32,000 bases of DNA from Thermosulfurimonas dismutans (GCF_001652585.1 NZ_LWLG01000001.1:210001-242000), one strand, 5' to 3'. Counted from the stretch's first letter, positions 1 to 9,476 are shown. The notes: generated by a model from the letters alone, not told the origin. A program made the numbers and translations.

Positions 1-341
1 AAAGAAATCGCCAGGAGAAACAGGGAAAAAACATAAAAAATAAAGGCTGTCAAAGTCAAATCGAATTTTGCCACAAAATAAAAGGCTAGTGCGCCGGATA
101 GAAATTCCACCAGAGGATATCTCATCGAAATCTTTGTGCCGCAAGCGCGGCATCGCCCTTTCTGCAAGAAAAAGGATAACAGGGGCACGTTCTCGTACCA
201 GGAAAGCTCGTGTCCACAGGTCGGACAGAACGATCGGGGCGCGATCACCGAAAGGCCTCTAGGCAAACGATAAATAACCACATTCAGGAAGCTTCCAAAA
301 CAGAGCCCGAAAAGGAAGGCCAAAAAGGGAAAAAGCTTCAT
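1..341 (-). CDS. pilD: Type IV prepilin peptidase (A24 family), N-terminal part; the gene continues beyond the window start
   Basis: I translated the minus strand by hand from the ATG at 341..339: MKLFPFLAFLFGLCFGSFLNVVIYRLPRGLSVIAPRSFCPTCGHELSWYENVPLLSFFLQKGRCRACGTKISMRYPLVEF... This shows the GSFLNV..RLP motif and the two Cys pairs (CPxC ... CRxC) typical of PilD/PulO. The ORF runs off the window edge, so it is absent from the supplied ORF track. Confidence 0.85.
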   Translation of the reverse strand, partial: MKLFPFLAFLFGLCFGSFLNVVIYRLPRGLSVIAPRSFCPTCGHELSWYENVPLLSFFLQKGRCRACGTKISMRYPLVEFLSGALAFYFVAKFDLTLTAFIFYVFSLFLLAIS

Positions 342-697
342 TCTTCGGAGGAAATCAACTCATCATAGATGTTTCGAGCTTCTTCTATCAATTGAAGGGC
401 CTTCAAGAATTTAGCATAGACGTGATGGAACCCACCCTCTATTTCCAAAAACTGAAGTCCTGCTCCCCTGGTTCCCGAGCCTCCCTGATGCATGACTATA
501 GCCCTTATCGGAATACGTCCTATCGAAGGCAATTCCAACTCTAGATTCAAGATTGTACCGGGACGAGGAGGGTTCTCCATAGGAATAAAGCAACCCTTCA
601 GAGAAAGATTGCCCACTTCAAAGGGCTTTGCGTATCCCGGGATATAGGCACGTACACATTCATAATAAAATCTGGGAAATTTTCTTCTATCCCTCAA
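338..697 (-). CDS. PilZ-domain protein, a putative c-di-GMP receptor
   Basis: This 119-aa ORF has both PilZ signatures: RxxxR (RRKFPR) near the N-terminus and (D/N)xSxxG (GNLSLKG). Its TGA stop (340..338) overlaps the pilD ATG (341..339) as ATGA. Confidence 0.85.
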   Translation of the reverse strand: MRDRRKFPRFYYECVRAYIPGYAKPFEVGNLSLKGCFIPMENPPRPGTILNLELELPSIGRIPIRAIVMHQGGSGTRGAGLQFLEIEGGFHHVYAKFLKALQLIEEARNIYDELISSEE

Positions 698-781
698 CCG
701 AAGCCCCCTTGGTTTCTTCTTAGATCTATGATAAATTCAAAACAATAAAAAAGCAAATTTAATAATAAAAAGTCGATTTTT

Positions 782-1648
782 GTGGAGCGCGAAAAGGTTA
801 TTTTAAAAGAGGCTATTTTAACTCCCCAAGAAGCCGTCAAAAAGGCTCCTCCATTACAGGGAGTACCCACAGGTGTAGAAGGTCTTGATGAGCTCTTTTT
901 TCGGGTGGAATGGGAGAGCGGAAATCCTCAGCGCAAACCGTTAGGGGGCATTCCTCTTGGGGCTGTGGTCAATATCACGGGGATGCCCGATACCGGGAAG
1001 AGCCTTATGGCTGAACAATTCACGATCAAACAGGCCTCTGTCGGCCAAAGGGTCTGCTTTGTCACCGTAGAGACTCCAGCGGCCTTTGTGGTCAAAGGGC
1101 TAGAGGAAAGGGCCAAGGCCATGGGTATCAAGTTCTCCGAAATCGAGGACCGAATCGTTTTGCTAGACGCTGCCAGCTATCACCGCTTACGGGAAGATCT
1201 GCCCACTCTCATGGATACTTTGGCCCACATCTACCGCACCTACAAAGTAAATCATACGGTTGTCGACTCTGTGACAGGGCTTTATGAGGCTCGAGAAATG
1301 ATGGCCCGCAGTGTGGTACGGGCCCTTTATTCCTTCTGTAAAAAATGGCAACAGACGGCAGTTTTTGTTTCTCAGAAAAGAAGTTCCCACGAAGAACTTT
1401 CAGCCGAAGCTGCCGGAGGCTACGCCGTAGGCCATATCGTGGACTGTACCTTAGTGCTCTCCAAAGAACTCCTTCTTTCTCCCCGCTCGGCTGCGGCCTA
1501 TAAATTGCCCCCGGGGTCCATCCTCAGGCTCTTTCGCATTGACGGTTGTCGCCTCTGCGGGCACGATACCTCGGTAAGGACGCTTGAAATCACGGAACTA
1601 GGCCTGGTAAGAATTGGAAAACCCCTTTCGGAAGTTCTTAAGACATGA
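782..1648 (+). CDS. Single-domain KaiC/RecA-superfamily ATPase (KaiC-like / RadA-like)
   Basis: This 288-aa ORF has a GxxGLDxL-type N-terminal motif (GVPTGVEGLDELF), a Walker A motif (GMPDTGKS) and a Walker B-like motif (HTVVDS). It uses a GTG start with no clear SD, so the start is uncertain. Its stop overlaps the next ATG as ATGA. Confidence 0.75.
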   Translation: MEREKVILKEAILTPQEAVKKAPPLQGVPTGVEGLDELFFRVEWESGNPQRKPLGGIPLGAVVNITGMPDTGKSLMAEQFTIKQASVGQRVCFVTVETPAAFVVKGLEERAKAMGIKFSEIEDRIVLLDAASYHRLREDLPTLMDTLAHIYRTYKVNHTVVDSVTGLYEAREMMARSVVRALYSFCKKWQQTAVFVSQKRSSHEELSAEAAGGYAVGHIVDCTLVLSKELLLSPRSAAAYKLPPGSILRLFRIDGCRLCGHDTSVRTLEITELGLVRIGKPLSEVLKT

Positions 1649-2436
1649 ACCTTGCACCTGAAGACTTCTTCGATTTCAGAAGTCTATCCCGTCATGGGGT
1701 GCTATTCGATGGTCTGAGCTTCGTTTGGGAGGCCTTAGCTCGCCTAAAGGACTATCTTAAAGATCACGTAAAACCTCTTCCTATAGAGGTTCCCGTAGGT
1801 GAACCCCTACAGGAAGGCTTGGTACTCTATCGGGACGTGGTTTTGCCTTTTAAGGCTGTTACCTGGCACCTTCAAAAGAAGGGGCCCGTGGTAGAGTATG
1901 GGGGGGAAAGGCTTCCCGGGGCATCCTTGATCTTCCCGGGAGCGGTTCTTTTTGATCGGGAAATCGAGATTGAGGAAGGCGTAATAATCGAACCCGGGGC
2001 CCTTATCAAAGGACCAGCCATTTTAGGACCTGGGACTGAAGTTAGACAGGGGGCCTATATTCGAGGGAACCTCCTTTGTGGTCAGGGTTGCGTCATTGGC
2101 CACACCACCGAGGTCAAAAATGCCATTTTACTTGATGGGGCCAAAGCCGGCCATTTCGCCTATATTGGAGATAGCATTTTAGGAAAAGAAGTCAATCTTG
2201 GTGCCGGTACCAAACTGGCCAATCTCAAACTCACAGGCACTACCGTTAAAATCCGTCACAAGGGCCAGGTTTTAGATACCGGTTTGCGGAAGCTAGGAGC
2301 TATTCTGGGAGACGAGGTCCAGACCGGTTGCAACAGTGTCACCAACCCCGGAACCTTGATAGGCCCTGGAAGCTACGTCTTGCCCAATACTACGGCTGGT
2401 CCCGGAGTCATTCCGGGCAAAAAGATTATACGTTAA
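1645..2436 (+). CDS. Left-handed beta-helix (hexapeptide-repeat) protein resembling the GlmU C-terminal acetyltransferase domain; no nucleotidyltransferase domain
   Basis: This is a 263-aa ORF. The run of imperfect hexapeptide repeats EVKNAILLDGAKAGHFAYIGDSILGKEVNLGAGTKLANLK...LGAILGDEVQTGCNSVTNPGTLIGPGSYV parallels the GlmU LbH core (KxxHLsYiGDaxiGxxvNiGAGT). The N-terminal ~100 aa are unrecognised. Confidence 0.7.
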   Translation: MNLAPEDFFDFRSLSRHGVLFDGLSFVWEALARLKDYLKDHVKPLPIEVPVGEPLQEGLVLYRDVVLPFKAVTWHLQKKGPVVEYGGERLPGASLIFPGAVLFDREIEIEEGVIIEPGALIKGPAILGPGTEVRQGAYIRGNLLCGQGCVIGHTTEVKNAILLDGAKAGHFAYIGDSILGKEVNLGAGTKLANLKLTGTTVKIRHKGQVLDTGLRKLGAILGDEVQTGCNSVTNPGTLIGPGSYVLPNTTAGPGVIPGKKIIR

Positions 2437-2456
2437 TAAACCTAAAGGAGGTTCGA

Positions 2457-3323
2457 ATGCTTAAACGTTTGGCTACTCTGTGTTTGACGGTCCTTTTGTT
2501 TTTGAGTGGGATCGCCTGGTCCAAGGATGCCCAGGTTATTGCCAAAGTGGGACCCTATAGCCTGACTAAGGCAGACTTCGAAAAGGAACTCGAAAAAAAC
2601 TCTCGCCTCAAAGCCCTTCTCGCTATGAGACCGGAACTCAAGCAAGTATTGGTTAAACGATGGGTAGAGGTTACCCTTCTGGCCCTAGCCGGGGAAGACG
2701 AAGGACTTCTCAAAGATCCTGAGGTCAAGGCCCAAATAGAGGAACAGACCCGCATGATCCTCGCCCAAAATTACTATGAACGCAAAGTCTTAAAGAATCT
2801 CAAGGTATCCGAGCGTGAGCTTCAGGAGTACTACCTGAAACACAAGAAAGACTACCGTGTTCCTGAAAGGGTAAAGGCCAGGCACATCTTGATTCGGGTA
2901 CCAGAGAAGGCCGGCCCCGAGGCCCAAAAGGCGGCCTTAAAGAAAGCTGAAGATCTCCGGCAGAAGATCCTTGCTGGGGCCGACTTTTCGGAAATAGCCC
3001 GCAAATACTCCGAAGATCCCGGAACCAAAGATAAAGGTGGAGATCTCGGATTTTTCGCCCGGGGTCAAATGATTCCTGAATTCGAAGAAGCAGTCTTCAA
3101 GCTCAAGGTGGGGGAAATCAGCCCGCCTATTAAGACCCGGTTCGGATATCATTTGGTTCAAGTAGAGGCCAAGGTTCCGGCCCAAGAACAACCTTACGAA
3201 AAAGTAAAGGATCAGGTCAGGCAAGACCTCCTGGAGGCCAAAAAGACCGAGAGGATCAAGGCCCTCATGACCAAACTGAGCAAAAAATATCCGGTTGAGA
3301 TCTATACGGAAAACCTTCCGTGA
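2457..3323 (+). CDS. Secreted parvulin-type peptidyl-prolyl cis-trans isomerase (SurA/PrsA-like chaperone)
   Basis: The ATG at 2457 is preceded by AAGGAGG (2445-2451). It has a signal peptide (MLKRLATLCLTVLLFLSGIAWS) and a parvulin core (ARHILI...GGDLGFF...MIPEFEEAVF...FGYHLVQV). The track ORF starting at 2328 is an upstream in-frame extension overlapping the previous gene. Confidence 0.85.
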   Translation: MLKRLATLCLTVLLFLSGIAWSKDAQVIAKVGPYSLTKADFEKELEKNSRLKALLAMRPELKQVLVKRWVEVTLLALAGEDEGLLKDPEVKAQIEEQTRMILAQNYYERKVLKNLKVSERELQEYYLKHKKDYRVPERVKARHILIRVPEKAGPEAQKAALKKAEDLRQKILAGADFSEIARKYSEDPGTKDKGGDLGFFARGQMIPEFEEAVFKLKVGEISPPIKTRFGYHLVQVEAKVPAQEQPYEKVKDQVRQDLLEAKKTERIKALMTKLSKKYPVEIYTENLP

Positions 3324-3925
3324 TTCCGAAGTTTCTGCTTAGCAAGCTAGAAAATCCTCTGAGGTCAGCCCTAGAGGAGGAACCGGAAAGGTTCCTCCTC
3401 TTTCTAGATCTTGAGACCGAAGGTCTCTCCAAAGAACGAAACGGGATTACTGTCCTAGGGACCTTTGCCGAAGGGACCTACAGGGCCTTTGTCTCAGGTG
3501 TCAATCTCGAGAAAGGACCAGCATATCTTTCTCGCTATCCTGTGTGGGTCACCTTTGGAGGCACGCACTTCGATCTTCCTTTTCTAAAAAATCATTTTCC
3601 GCATCTCAAAGCTCCAGAGCTCCACATCGATCTTAAATTTCTTTTTCGAAGGCTCGGCTTCAAAGGCGGCCTCAAAAAACTTGAAGTCCGTTTCGGGCTC
3701 GCCCGAAAAACTCAGGGACTTACAGGTTATGACGCCGTAAAGCTCTGGCAAAGGTGGAGGCAGAAGAAGGATAAGCGAGCCCTTAGAACTCTCCTTCTTT
3801 ACAACCGTGAAGACGTGGAAAACCTGAAACCCCTTCTCGAAACCGCCAAAAGACTCTTTGAGTTGACAGCCACGGAAACCCTAAATACCTTACCTCAGGA
3901 GGCTGGCCTTGTCTGCAAGGGATGA
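3320..3925 (+). CDS. RNase H-fold 3'-5' exonuclease-like protein (YprB/RNase_H_2-like, DEDDy motifs)
   Basis: This is a 201-aa ORF. It has Exo I (FLDLETEG), Exo II (GTHFDLPFL) and Exo III (LYNREDVENL, YxxxD). The GTG start at 3320 overlaps the PPIase TGA as GTGA. Confidence 0.7.
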   Translation: MIPKFLLSKLENPLRSALEEEPERFLLFLDLETEGLSKERNGITVLGTFAEGTYRAFVSGVNLEKGPAYLSRYPVWVTFGGTHFDLPFLKNHFPHLKAPELHIDLKFLFRRLGFKGGLKKLEVRFGLARKTQGLTGYDAVKLWQRWRQKKDKRALRTLLLYNREDVENLKPLLETAKRLFELTATETLNTLPQEAGLVCKG

Positions 3926-4883
3926 ACTTCCCCTAGCTATAACGGAAAAGTTCCTAGAATACGCCGCCGATCTCTCTTGTTCACTTCCTTCAAGTGCCAT
4001 CTTGGTCTACGCGGATGTCTTTGCCGGCGGGGAAAAGCTCGACCGATTTCTTGAAAAGACCAATCATCGAAGGCTCTTTCTCGTAACCAGAGAGAAAGGG
4101 TTCCAAGCCCCGGAAGGTATTGAAATCATCGAAGTCCCGGAGATCAAACTCACCCGACTGGGCCAAATCAAAGTGGCCATTCTCATCGGAGTGGCTAGGG
4201 GGCTTTTTTCCCATCAGGATATATTGGTCTGTCTCTCCGGGGTGGCCGAAAGCGGCTACCTGGACACTCTCTTTATCCTCGATTTGGACAAGGAATTTGA
4301 GATCTTTGCCCTTTCTCAACTAGAAGATCTAAAAGAGATCGTAAGACCCGAAGTCTTCCAACGGGTCCTTTCGCTTGCCATCACCTTGGCCACCCAAGGC
4401 CGAGAGGGCAAACCCGTAGGCACCTGTTTTATTATGGGAGATTCGGACGAAGTCCTAGCCCACTGCGAACAAATGGTCATCAATCCTTTTAGGGGTTATC
4501 CTGAAAACGAACGCAACATTTTAGATCCTCGACTCGAAGAAACCATCAAGGAATTCGCACTTCTTGACGGGGCCTTTGTCATTCGAGGAGATGGAATTAT
4601 CGAGACCGCCGGGGCCTTTATCCGGACCGGTATCGTGAGTGCGGATATCCCTAGTGGTCTCGGAGCTAGGCACCGTTCGGCAGCCGCCATTACAGCCATC
4701 ACCAAAGCGGTAGCCATCACGGTGAGCGAATCCACGGGTACCGTAACCGTTTTTCGAGACGGCAAGATTGTCATGGAAATCGAAAAACCACACCCCCTAG
4801 GACCCGAAACCCAGTGGCGACGAGCCTTTTACGCCGGGCCGCATGCACCTTCGGAATGGCCGCATAAAACCAAAATCGACTAA
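3909..4883 (+). CDS. Diadenylate cyclase (DAC/DisA_N domain) with an uncharacterised soluble N-terminal domain
   Basis: This is a 324-aa ORF. Its DAC signatures are LLDGAFVIRGDG (DGA), GLGARHRSAAAIT (RHR) and VSESTGTVTVF. It has no TM helices and no HhH domain. The only plausible start is the TTG at 3909, which overlaps the upstream gene by 17 nt. Confidence 0.85.
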   Translation: MSARDELPLAITEKFLEYAADLSCSLPSSAILVYADVFAGGEKLDRFLEKTNHRRLFLVTREKGFQAPEGIEIIEVPEIKLTRLGQIKVAILIGVARGLFSHQDILVCLSGVAESGYLDTLFILDLDKEFEIFALSQLEDLKEIVRPEVFQRVLSLAITLATQGREGKPVGTCFIMGDSDEVLAHCEQMVINPFRGYPENERNILDPRLEETIKEFALLDGAFVIRGDGIIETAGAFIRTGIVSADIPSGLGARHRSAAAITAITKAVAITVSESTGTVTVFRDGKIVMEIEKPHPLGPETQWRRAFYAGPHAPSEWPHKTKID

Positions 4884-4896
4884 AGGAGGGTTATAA

Positions 4897-6405
<1,509 letters not shown>

Positions 6406-6419
6406 TCCCTTCTATTCCT

Positions 6420-6450
6420 GGGGCGGGGCTCAAACCCCCGCCCCTTTTTA
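6420..6450 (+). terminator. Rho-independent terminator closing the 782-6405 gene string
   Basis: A perfect 9-bp GC stem, ggggcgggg (6420-6428) / ccccgcccc (6436-6444), has a short loop and is followed by a tttttA tract. It lies 15 nt after the htrA stop. Confidence 0.8.
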
Positions 6451-6553
6451 TCGAGTTTTTCGATCTTTATCAGGCGTCGCTATCAACATTTCCCATTTGC
6501 CTCTCTGAAAGGCCTCCTTTATTCTCAAATTGAATACCGTAGGGAGAAAAGGC

Positions 6554-7150
6554 ATGCGAGAGATCGACTGTCGCGGGCTTGCCTGTCCCCAACCGGTCAT
6601 CAAGACCAAAGAGGCCCTGGAAGAACTGTCGGATGGGCAAATCCTCCAAGTATTGGTGGATAACGAAGCCGCGGTCAAGAATGTCTCCCGTTTTGCTGAA
6701 ACCCAGGGACACGCGGTGGAGGTCATCGAAAAAGGACAAGACTTTGTCATAAAGATTACCAAAAAAGGTTCAGGACATCCTGTAAGTGAGATTACCTGCG
6801 AACGTCCGGAGGGTGTCTTTCGGGTAATAGTTTTTCCCTCGGACCGTATGGGAGAAGGCGACGAGGAGCTAGGCCGTAAGCTTGCAGTAAATTTCATCAA
6901 AACCCTTAAAGAGATATCTCCTCTGCCGCAGAGCCTCATTTTCTATAACCGAGGGGTCTTCCTCACCACTGAGCCCTCTCCGGTCCTTGAGGATCTAAAG
7001 ATCCTCGAGGATTATGGGGTAGAGATCCTTTCCTGCTGGACTTGTCTTTCGCATTATGGCCTCGAGGACAAACTTCGGGTGGGCCGGGCTAGCAATATGT
7101 ACGAAATATTATCCCATCTAATGCGGGCTACGGTAGTTATTCGTCCTTAA
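6554..7150 (+). CDS. yedF: YedF-type protein: TusA/SirA-like domain fused to a DsrE-like domain (sulfurtransferase-like selenium/sulfur metabolism protein)
   Basis: The N-terminus MREIDCRGLACPQPVIKTKEAL carries the TusA CPxP motif. The C-terminal half (VFPSDRMGEGDEELG...IFYNRGVFL...ILSCWTCLSHYG) looks DsrE/YedF-like. The ATG at 6554 has a GGGAG SD; the track start at 6530 is a TTG extension. Confidence 0.8.
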   Translation: MREIDCRGLACPQPVIKTKEALEELSDGQILQVLVDNEAAVKNVSRFAETQGHAVEVIEKGQDFVIKITKKGSGHPVSEITCERPEGVFRVIVFPSDRMGEGDEELGRKLAVNFIKTLKEISPLPQSLIFYNRGVFLTTEPSPVLEDLKILEDYGVEILSCWTCLSHYGLEDKLRVGRASNMYEILSHLMRATVVIRP

Positions 7151-7209
7151 GGCCTAGCCTTTTTATCCAAAAACCGTTATATTTTAGTAAATCTTGAAAG
7201 GACTGTAAT

Positions 7210-7467
7210 ATGTTTAGAAATCTCGCTTTGATTTGGACATTCCTCTTTTGGGCCTCTTTGGCCCTGGCCGGTGGCTCCCAGGAAGAGAAAGGGGGAAGCT
7301 TTGCCCTTATCTCTGGCCTGGTACTTCTAGGCTTACTCTTTAGTACGGCCCTAGCGGGGCACCTTTTTTTAAAGCGCCGGGTTTCACGAAAGGTTCATCA
7401 TCTCCTGGCTTATTTGACTCTTGTAGTAGCTCTGATACACGCGACTTATAACATCTTTCTACACTAA
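7210..7467 (+). CDS. Small membrane protein, family not recognised
   Basis: This 85-aa ORF has a signal-like N-terminus (LIWTFLFWASLALAGG) and two hydrophobic helices. The last helix is flanked by His residues (KVHHLLAYLTLVVALIHATYN). The call rests on ORF length and hydrophobicity only. Confidence 0.5.
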   Translation: MFRNLALIWTFLFWASLALAGGSQEEKGGSFALISGLVLLGLLFSTALAGHLFLKRRVSRKVHHLLAYLTLVVALIHATYNIFLH

Positions 7468-7473
7468 GAGACC

Positions 7474-7929
7474 ATGGAAAAGACCGTCGCTACCAACAAA
7501 AAGGCCCGTTTCCTTTATGACATCGAAGAAACCTACGAGGCCGGTCTGGTCCTTCTGGGGCCGGAAGTAAAGAGTTTGCGGATGGGGCGGGCCAATCTCG
7601 CGGACAGTTTCGCCCGGGTGGTAAACGGGGAGGTGTATCTTTACAACCTCCACATTAGTCCTTATCCTTATTCTAGAGAGGCTGCTCTTTTAGATCCGAG
7701 GAGAACGCGCAAGCTACTTTTGAAAAAGGCCGAGATTAACCGCTTGGCCGGTAAAGTGGCCGAGCGGGGGTATACCCTCGTGCCCTTACGGATCTACTTT
7801 AAAGACGGCTGGGCTAAAGTAGAACTAGCCTTAGCCAAGGGTAAAAAGCTCTATGACCGGCGCGAGACCATTAAGCGCCGGGAAGAAGAGCGTGAGCTTA
7901 GGCGACGTTTCAAAGGCAAGATCAAGTAG
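7474..7929 (+). CDS. smpB: SsrA-binding protein SmpB
   Basis: This 151-aa ORF shows [29 protein letters not shown] and a basic C-terminal tail ([17 protein letters not shown]), typical of SmpB. It lies directly upstream of ssrA. Confidence 0.96.
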   Translation: MEKTVATNKKARFLYDIEETYEAGLVLLGPEVKSLRMGRANLADSFARVVNGEVYLYNLHISPYPYSREAALLDPRRTRKLLLKKAEINRLAGKVAERGYTLVPLRIYFKDGWAKVELALAKGKKLYDRRETIKRREEERELRRRFKGKIK

Positions 7930-8288
7930 GGGGCGAAGAGGGCTCGACGGGGGTGTGTAGGCCTAAACGGCGTGCCGAGGTCCCCACCGCCTCGTAAAAA
8001 AGGTGGGAAAAACACAAGTGCCGACGAATACGCTTACGCTCTGGCGGCCTAAAAAATAGAGCCGCCCGCTCCGGATGAGCCTTCGGCCCGCGGGGCCTCC
8101 GGAGCGCCGGGTTAGCGGGCTGGATGGAAGGGAGTGCCTGCCTCCCTTCCATCGAGAGTCCAGCAGGCTGGGCGAGGAGGAAGCGCCCGGGTCTTTCTCC
8201 TCGTCGAGATCGACTACCCGGGCTACGCACGTAGAAGTTTAGGCTGAAGCACCTCCGGACGCGGGTTCGATTCCCGCCGCCTCCACCA
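7929..8288 (+). ncRNA. ssrA: tmRNA (ssrA), one-piece
   Basis: The 5' GGGGGCG pairs with the 3' CGCCUCC-ACCA, giving a 7-bp acceptor stem with the G3:U alanine identity pair. The conserved 5' element is GGCUCGACGGGGG. The T-arm and 3' end read ggacgcgggttcgattcccgccgcctccacca. The tag ORF at 8020-8052 is GCC GAC GAA TAC GCT TAC GCT CTG GCG GCC TAA, encoding ADEYAYALAA. Confidence 0.93.
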
Positions 8289-8447
8289 GTTTTTGGTAAT
8301 TTCTTACGGAGTTATGAACACCCAAATCGGATTGGGGTACCTTTAGGTCACCTTCCAGAGAATCGTTGATAAATCAAACTTTCTCAAGGTAAACCTGAAG
8401 CCCTTTACAAGGTGTTTTTGGGCGCTCAGGGGCTTAAGGAAATCCTC

Positions 8448-9386
8448 TTAATCCTCAGACACGCTCGACGAAGCACTATGGGGGGCAGGGGATTGTCCTC
8501 GTTTCCATTCCTCACAAAATGTCAAAAATTTTGACAAAAGGTTGGTCTGAATCTTTTTAGAATGGATCACTATCAGAAACTTTCGATGTAACTGGAGAAA
8601 GGGGACTGACAGTCGAACTAGCCAGCCTTGTTCAATTTCTCGTCTTACGGCTAGGAAAGAAAGGCAAGCTATACCCAAGCCCGACTCTACGGTCTTCTTG
8701 ATGGCCTCTGTATGCCCCAGTCTTAATAAGACGTTAAACTGTCTCACATGTTTAGAAATCTCGGCCTCAAAAATTTCTTCAGTACCAGAGCCCTTCTCGC
8801 GCACTATCCACTTAGCTTTTTCCAGATCAGATGGAGTTAGTTCCTCCTTTTGGGATAAGGGGTGACGTGGGCTAGCAATGATCACTAGTTCATCATCGAG
8901 CCAGGGCAGAGCCTTTATCTCTTCATGGTGAGTATAGCCCTCAATAAACCCCACATCAAAGGCTCCCGATAATATTCCAGACTCAATTTGCTCTGTATTG
9001 CCAATACTAAGATTGATCGTAACACCGGGATACCTATCTACAAAGGCCCCTATTAAATAGGGCAGCAAATAGCTACCTATGGTGGTGCTGGCCCCCACCC
9101 TCAGATCCCCTGTTATAGAATCTCCCCTCTCTGCCAACAATGTCTCCACATTTTCAACCTGACGCAGGATTTCCCTAGCGTGGGAGAGCAGAAGCCGCCC
9201 CCGATCATTGAGAACTAGCCGCCGTCCGATTCGATCAAAAAGAGGAGTCCCTAACTGATTTTCCAGCTCTGATATGGCCATACTGACAGCAGGCTGACTC
9301 AGAAACAGCCGCTGGCTGGCCTTAGAGACATGACCCGTCTCAGCGACCGCCAGAAAGATCTCTAACTGCCTAAGGGTAATGGTCAT
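8448..9386 (-). CDS. LysR-family transcriptional regulator
   Basis: The N-terminal wHTH reads MTITLRQLEIFLAVAETGHVSKASQRLFLSQPAVSMAISELE, followed by a LysR substrate-binding domain. The ATG at 9386 is preferred over the TTG at 9407. It is divergent from the rhodanese gene. Confidence 0.9.
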   Translation of the reverse strand: MTITLRQLEIFLAVAETGHVSKASQRLFLSQPAVSMAISELENQLGTPLFDRIGRRLVLNDRGRLLLSHAREILRQVENVETLLAERGDSITGDLRVGASTTIGSYLLPYLIGAFVDRYPGVTINLSIGNTEQIESGILSGAFDVGFIEGYTHHEEIKALPWLDDELVIIASPRHPLSQKEELTPSDLEKAKWIVREKGSGTEEIFEAEISKHVRQFNVLLRLGHTEAIKKTVESGLGIACLSFLAVRREIEQGWLVRLSVPFLQLHRKFLIVIHSKKIQTNLLSKFLTFCEEWKRGQSPAPHSASSSVSED

Positions 9387-9452
9387 TTTTTCTTTTTCCT
9401 TTATCAATATAATTTATTTAAATTTTAAAAAATATAAATTGGACTTTTATAA

Positions 9453-9476
9453 TATAGAAGCCTATACTTTCCATAG
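9453..9476. promoter_or_regulatory. Candidate LysR operator: overlapping dyads in the divergent promoter region
   Basis: TATAG-aagc-CTATA (9453-9466) overlaps CTAT-actttcc-ATAG (9462-9476). The second fits the LysR T-N11-A pattern. Both sit in the AT-rich 142-bp spacer between the LysR and rhodanese genes. This is pattern recognition only. Confidence 0.3.

Noticed and set aside
68-262. A 64-aa plus-strand ORF at the window start.
   Set aside because: It lies antisense within the clearly recognisable pilD coding sequence. Its product is Arg-rich nonsense.
2328-2456. An upstream extension of the PPIase ORF. There are similar extensions at 6530-6553 (yedF), 14823-14861 (aspC) and 9387-9407 (LysR regulator).
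   Set aside because: The extensions overlap the preceding gene or lack an SD. Internal ATG codons with good SD sites give N-termini matching the family norm (signal peptide, TusA motif, HTH).
6554-7150. Selenocysteine recoding (in-frame TGA plus SECIS) in or near yedF and the sulfur-relay genes.
   Set aside because: All recognised genes read through without an internal TGA. No pair of adjacent ORF fragments separated by a single TGA was seen.
7147-7166. A weak hairpin, taaggc-cta-gcctt, followed by ttttat after yedF, as a possible terminator.
   Set aside because: The stem is only ~5 bp with a 3-nt loop, which is too marginal to call.
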